56,699 bases of DNA from a virus (taxonomy: Duplodnaviria > Caudoviricetes). The translations under genes and the position numbers were made by a program. Under the pieces are notes generated by a model that was not told the origin of the DNA, ran no database searches, and saw only the letters and a program-made list of their open reading frames with translations. Positions 55,454 through 56,699 of this stretch are shown here, in pieces (position 1 is the first letter of the stretch; each line of letters begins with the position of its first letter). The DNA lies in IMG/VR virus record IMGVR_UViG_3300044731_000819, positions 1 to 56,699 of that record; one strand, written 5' to 3'.

Positions 55454-55969
55454 TTATAATCCTCTAAATTCGTTATTAGTTACAGGGGCACACATTATTG
55501 TTCTGTAATATGGTTTATAACCTCCGTAGTTATGTTTGTTATCTGATGTAACCCTTCCGTCATTTGATACTGTGTAATATCTAATACGATTTTCTTTTTC
55601 GTAATATCCAATATAATCACCATATTCAATATCAACACCCATTTGTTCTAAATCTCTAATGTAGACACTTAATTGCATCGTTCCTGGCTCAAGTTGTTCA
55701 ATTTTAGAATTACCCAAATATTTGTTTTCAGTTCCCATAATTTTAACATAAGCCTTAAACTCAATCGGAGGATGAAACTTAATTCCATCTTGAACGGTTT
55801 CCCCATATACATCATCGGTATTGGTTCTATATCTGTCAACTTTGTAAAGAACACACGTAAAATTCATATCTCCGTGAAGCCATTCCTTACCCATCTCCAA
55901 TTCTAAATCAAAATCGGATTCTCCAAAAAATTTACCTAATCTCGTTATTGGAACTTTATTATTAGCCAT
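55454..55969 (-). CDS. Neck / head-closure protein (T4 gp14-like)
   Basis: DDVYGE..KF.PPIEFKAYV; IEYGDYIGY; position upstream of the gp15-like gene; TATTTAT at 55986-55992. Confidence 0.6.
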   Translation of the reverse strand: MANNKVPITRLGKFFGESDFDLELEMGKEWLHGDMNFTCVLYKVDRYRTNTDDVYGETVQDGIKFHPPIEFKAYVKIMGTENKYLGNSKIEQLEPGTMQLSVYIRDLEQMGVDIEYGDYIGYYEKENRIRYYTVSNDGRVTSDNKHNYGGYKPYYRTIMCAPVTNNEFRGL

Positions 55970-56029
55970 AGTTATACACTTATTGATAAATATCTAATTT
56001 TGTATTATCTTTTATCAAAACTATTTACC

Positions 56030-56699
56030 ATAGAAAATTCAATTAAAATAAAAGAGGTTGAAGCACTTGAAATTCTTCAGAATTATTCAGGTGCCAATAA
56101 CTATATTCTTAAATTGAAACAACAACAATCGGTTAATAAGAAGTTTTACCCAACAAGAGCTCAATCTGAATATATTTTAAGTTTCCATAATAAAGAACCT
56201 AAAGTTGCCAAAAAATGGGTTGAGATTGACAATTATTTTGCCAAAAAATTAGTTGAGAGTAATCCATTCATTTCTGAACCTGAAAAAATTTATGTTGAGA
56301 AGTTATTGGCTGAAAAGGATAAGTCCTACCACATTTGGGGTAAAATTTTTAGTGGTGAAACTTCACACGATTTTTGGGTTCCTAAAGTTGCAATCATAAA
56401 AGAACAAAAGGTAAATGAGGTTAATGTTGATTACTCAAAATATTCAAATAGACCTCCGTTATCACACCAAAAAGAAGCGATAGAAAAATTATTGGCTTAC
56501 GATAAGTTTATTTTAGCGGATGATATGGGATTAGGTAAAACTACTTCTACAATCATTGCGGCTTTAGAAAGTGGAGCTAAAAAAATATTAATTATTTGTC
56601 CAGCATCTTTGAAACTTAATTGGGAAAGAGAAATTAGAAACTATTCAGATAGACCAATCTATATTTGTGAAGGTAAGAAATATGAAGAAGCGGATTTTG
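56030..56699 (+). CDS. SNF2/SWI2-family helicase (partial, runs off window; start codon uncertain)
   Basis: Hand translation: PLSHQKEAI (Q motif), FILADDMGLGKT (Walker A), LIICPASLKLNWERE (motif Ia). No ATG near the 5' end; candidate starts are TTG 56000, ATA 56030 and TTG 56114. Confidence 0.85.
   Translation, partial: MENSIKIKEVEALEILQNYSGANNYILKLKQQQSVNKKFYPTRAQSEYILSFHNKEPKVAKKWVEIDNYFAKKLVESNPFISEPEKIYVEKLLAEKDKSYHIWGKIFSGETSHDFWVPKVAIIKEQKVNEVNVDYSKYSNRPPLSHQKEAIEKLLAYDKFILADDMGLGKTTSTIIAALESGAKKILIICPASLKLNWEREIRNYSDRPIYICEGKKYEEADF

Noticed and set aside
747-55906. Numerous short track ORFs antisense to, or nested in alternate frames of, long genes (e.g. 1328..1768+, 2805..3215+, 28404..28781+, 46671..47132+, 54126..54368+)
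   Set aside because: They overlap well-supported genes or regulatory regions, show no recognisable motifs, and are expected shadows of codon bias.
1-56699. Stop-codon reassignment as in some Bacteroidota jumbo phages
   Set aside because: Very long genes are intact in the standard code and coding density is already near complete.

Overview
An AT-rich, densely coding fragment of a large T4-superfamily-like myovirus (probably a jumbo phage), read in the standard genetic code and almost entirely on the minus strand. From right to left: a divergent SNF2-family helicase (truncated by the window end); neck and tail-terminator proteins; a small plus-strand ribbon-helix-helix ORF; tail sheath; HAD phosphatase; tail tube; a gp26-like/tail-chaperone gene with a probable programmed +1 frameshift; tape measure; and giant baseplate proteins, one with an OmpA-like domain. 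A replication/nucleotide block follows (gp32-like SSB, RecA/UvsX, 5'-3' exonuclease, DnaB/gp41 helicase, nrdB, nrdA, flavodoxin-fold protein). Then come gp25/gp6 wedge genes and a long run of Cys-rich fibre/adhesin-like proteins with SprB repeats, PKD-like and LRR segments and mucin-like Pro-Thr repeats. The last gene, truncated at the left edge and absent from the ORF track, is a DxD glycosyltransferase whose motifs resemble plant peptidyl-Ser galactosyltransferase / hydroxyproline arabinosyltransferase (GT96/GT95). The main hypothesis is a phage-encoded O-glycosylation system that decorates Pro/Thr-rich virion proteins. A-rich starts without obvious Shine-Dalgarno motifs, a TTTG-N19-TAnnTTTG promoter and SprB repeats point to a Bacteroidota host. 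A TATTTAT motif precedes many genes on the coding strand. All family assignments come from motif recognition by eye, not database searches. No tRNA, rRNA or CRISPR array was seen.
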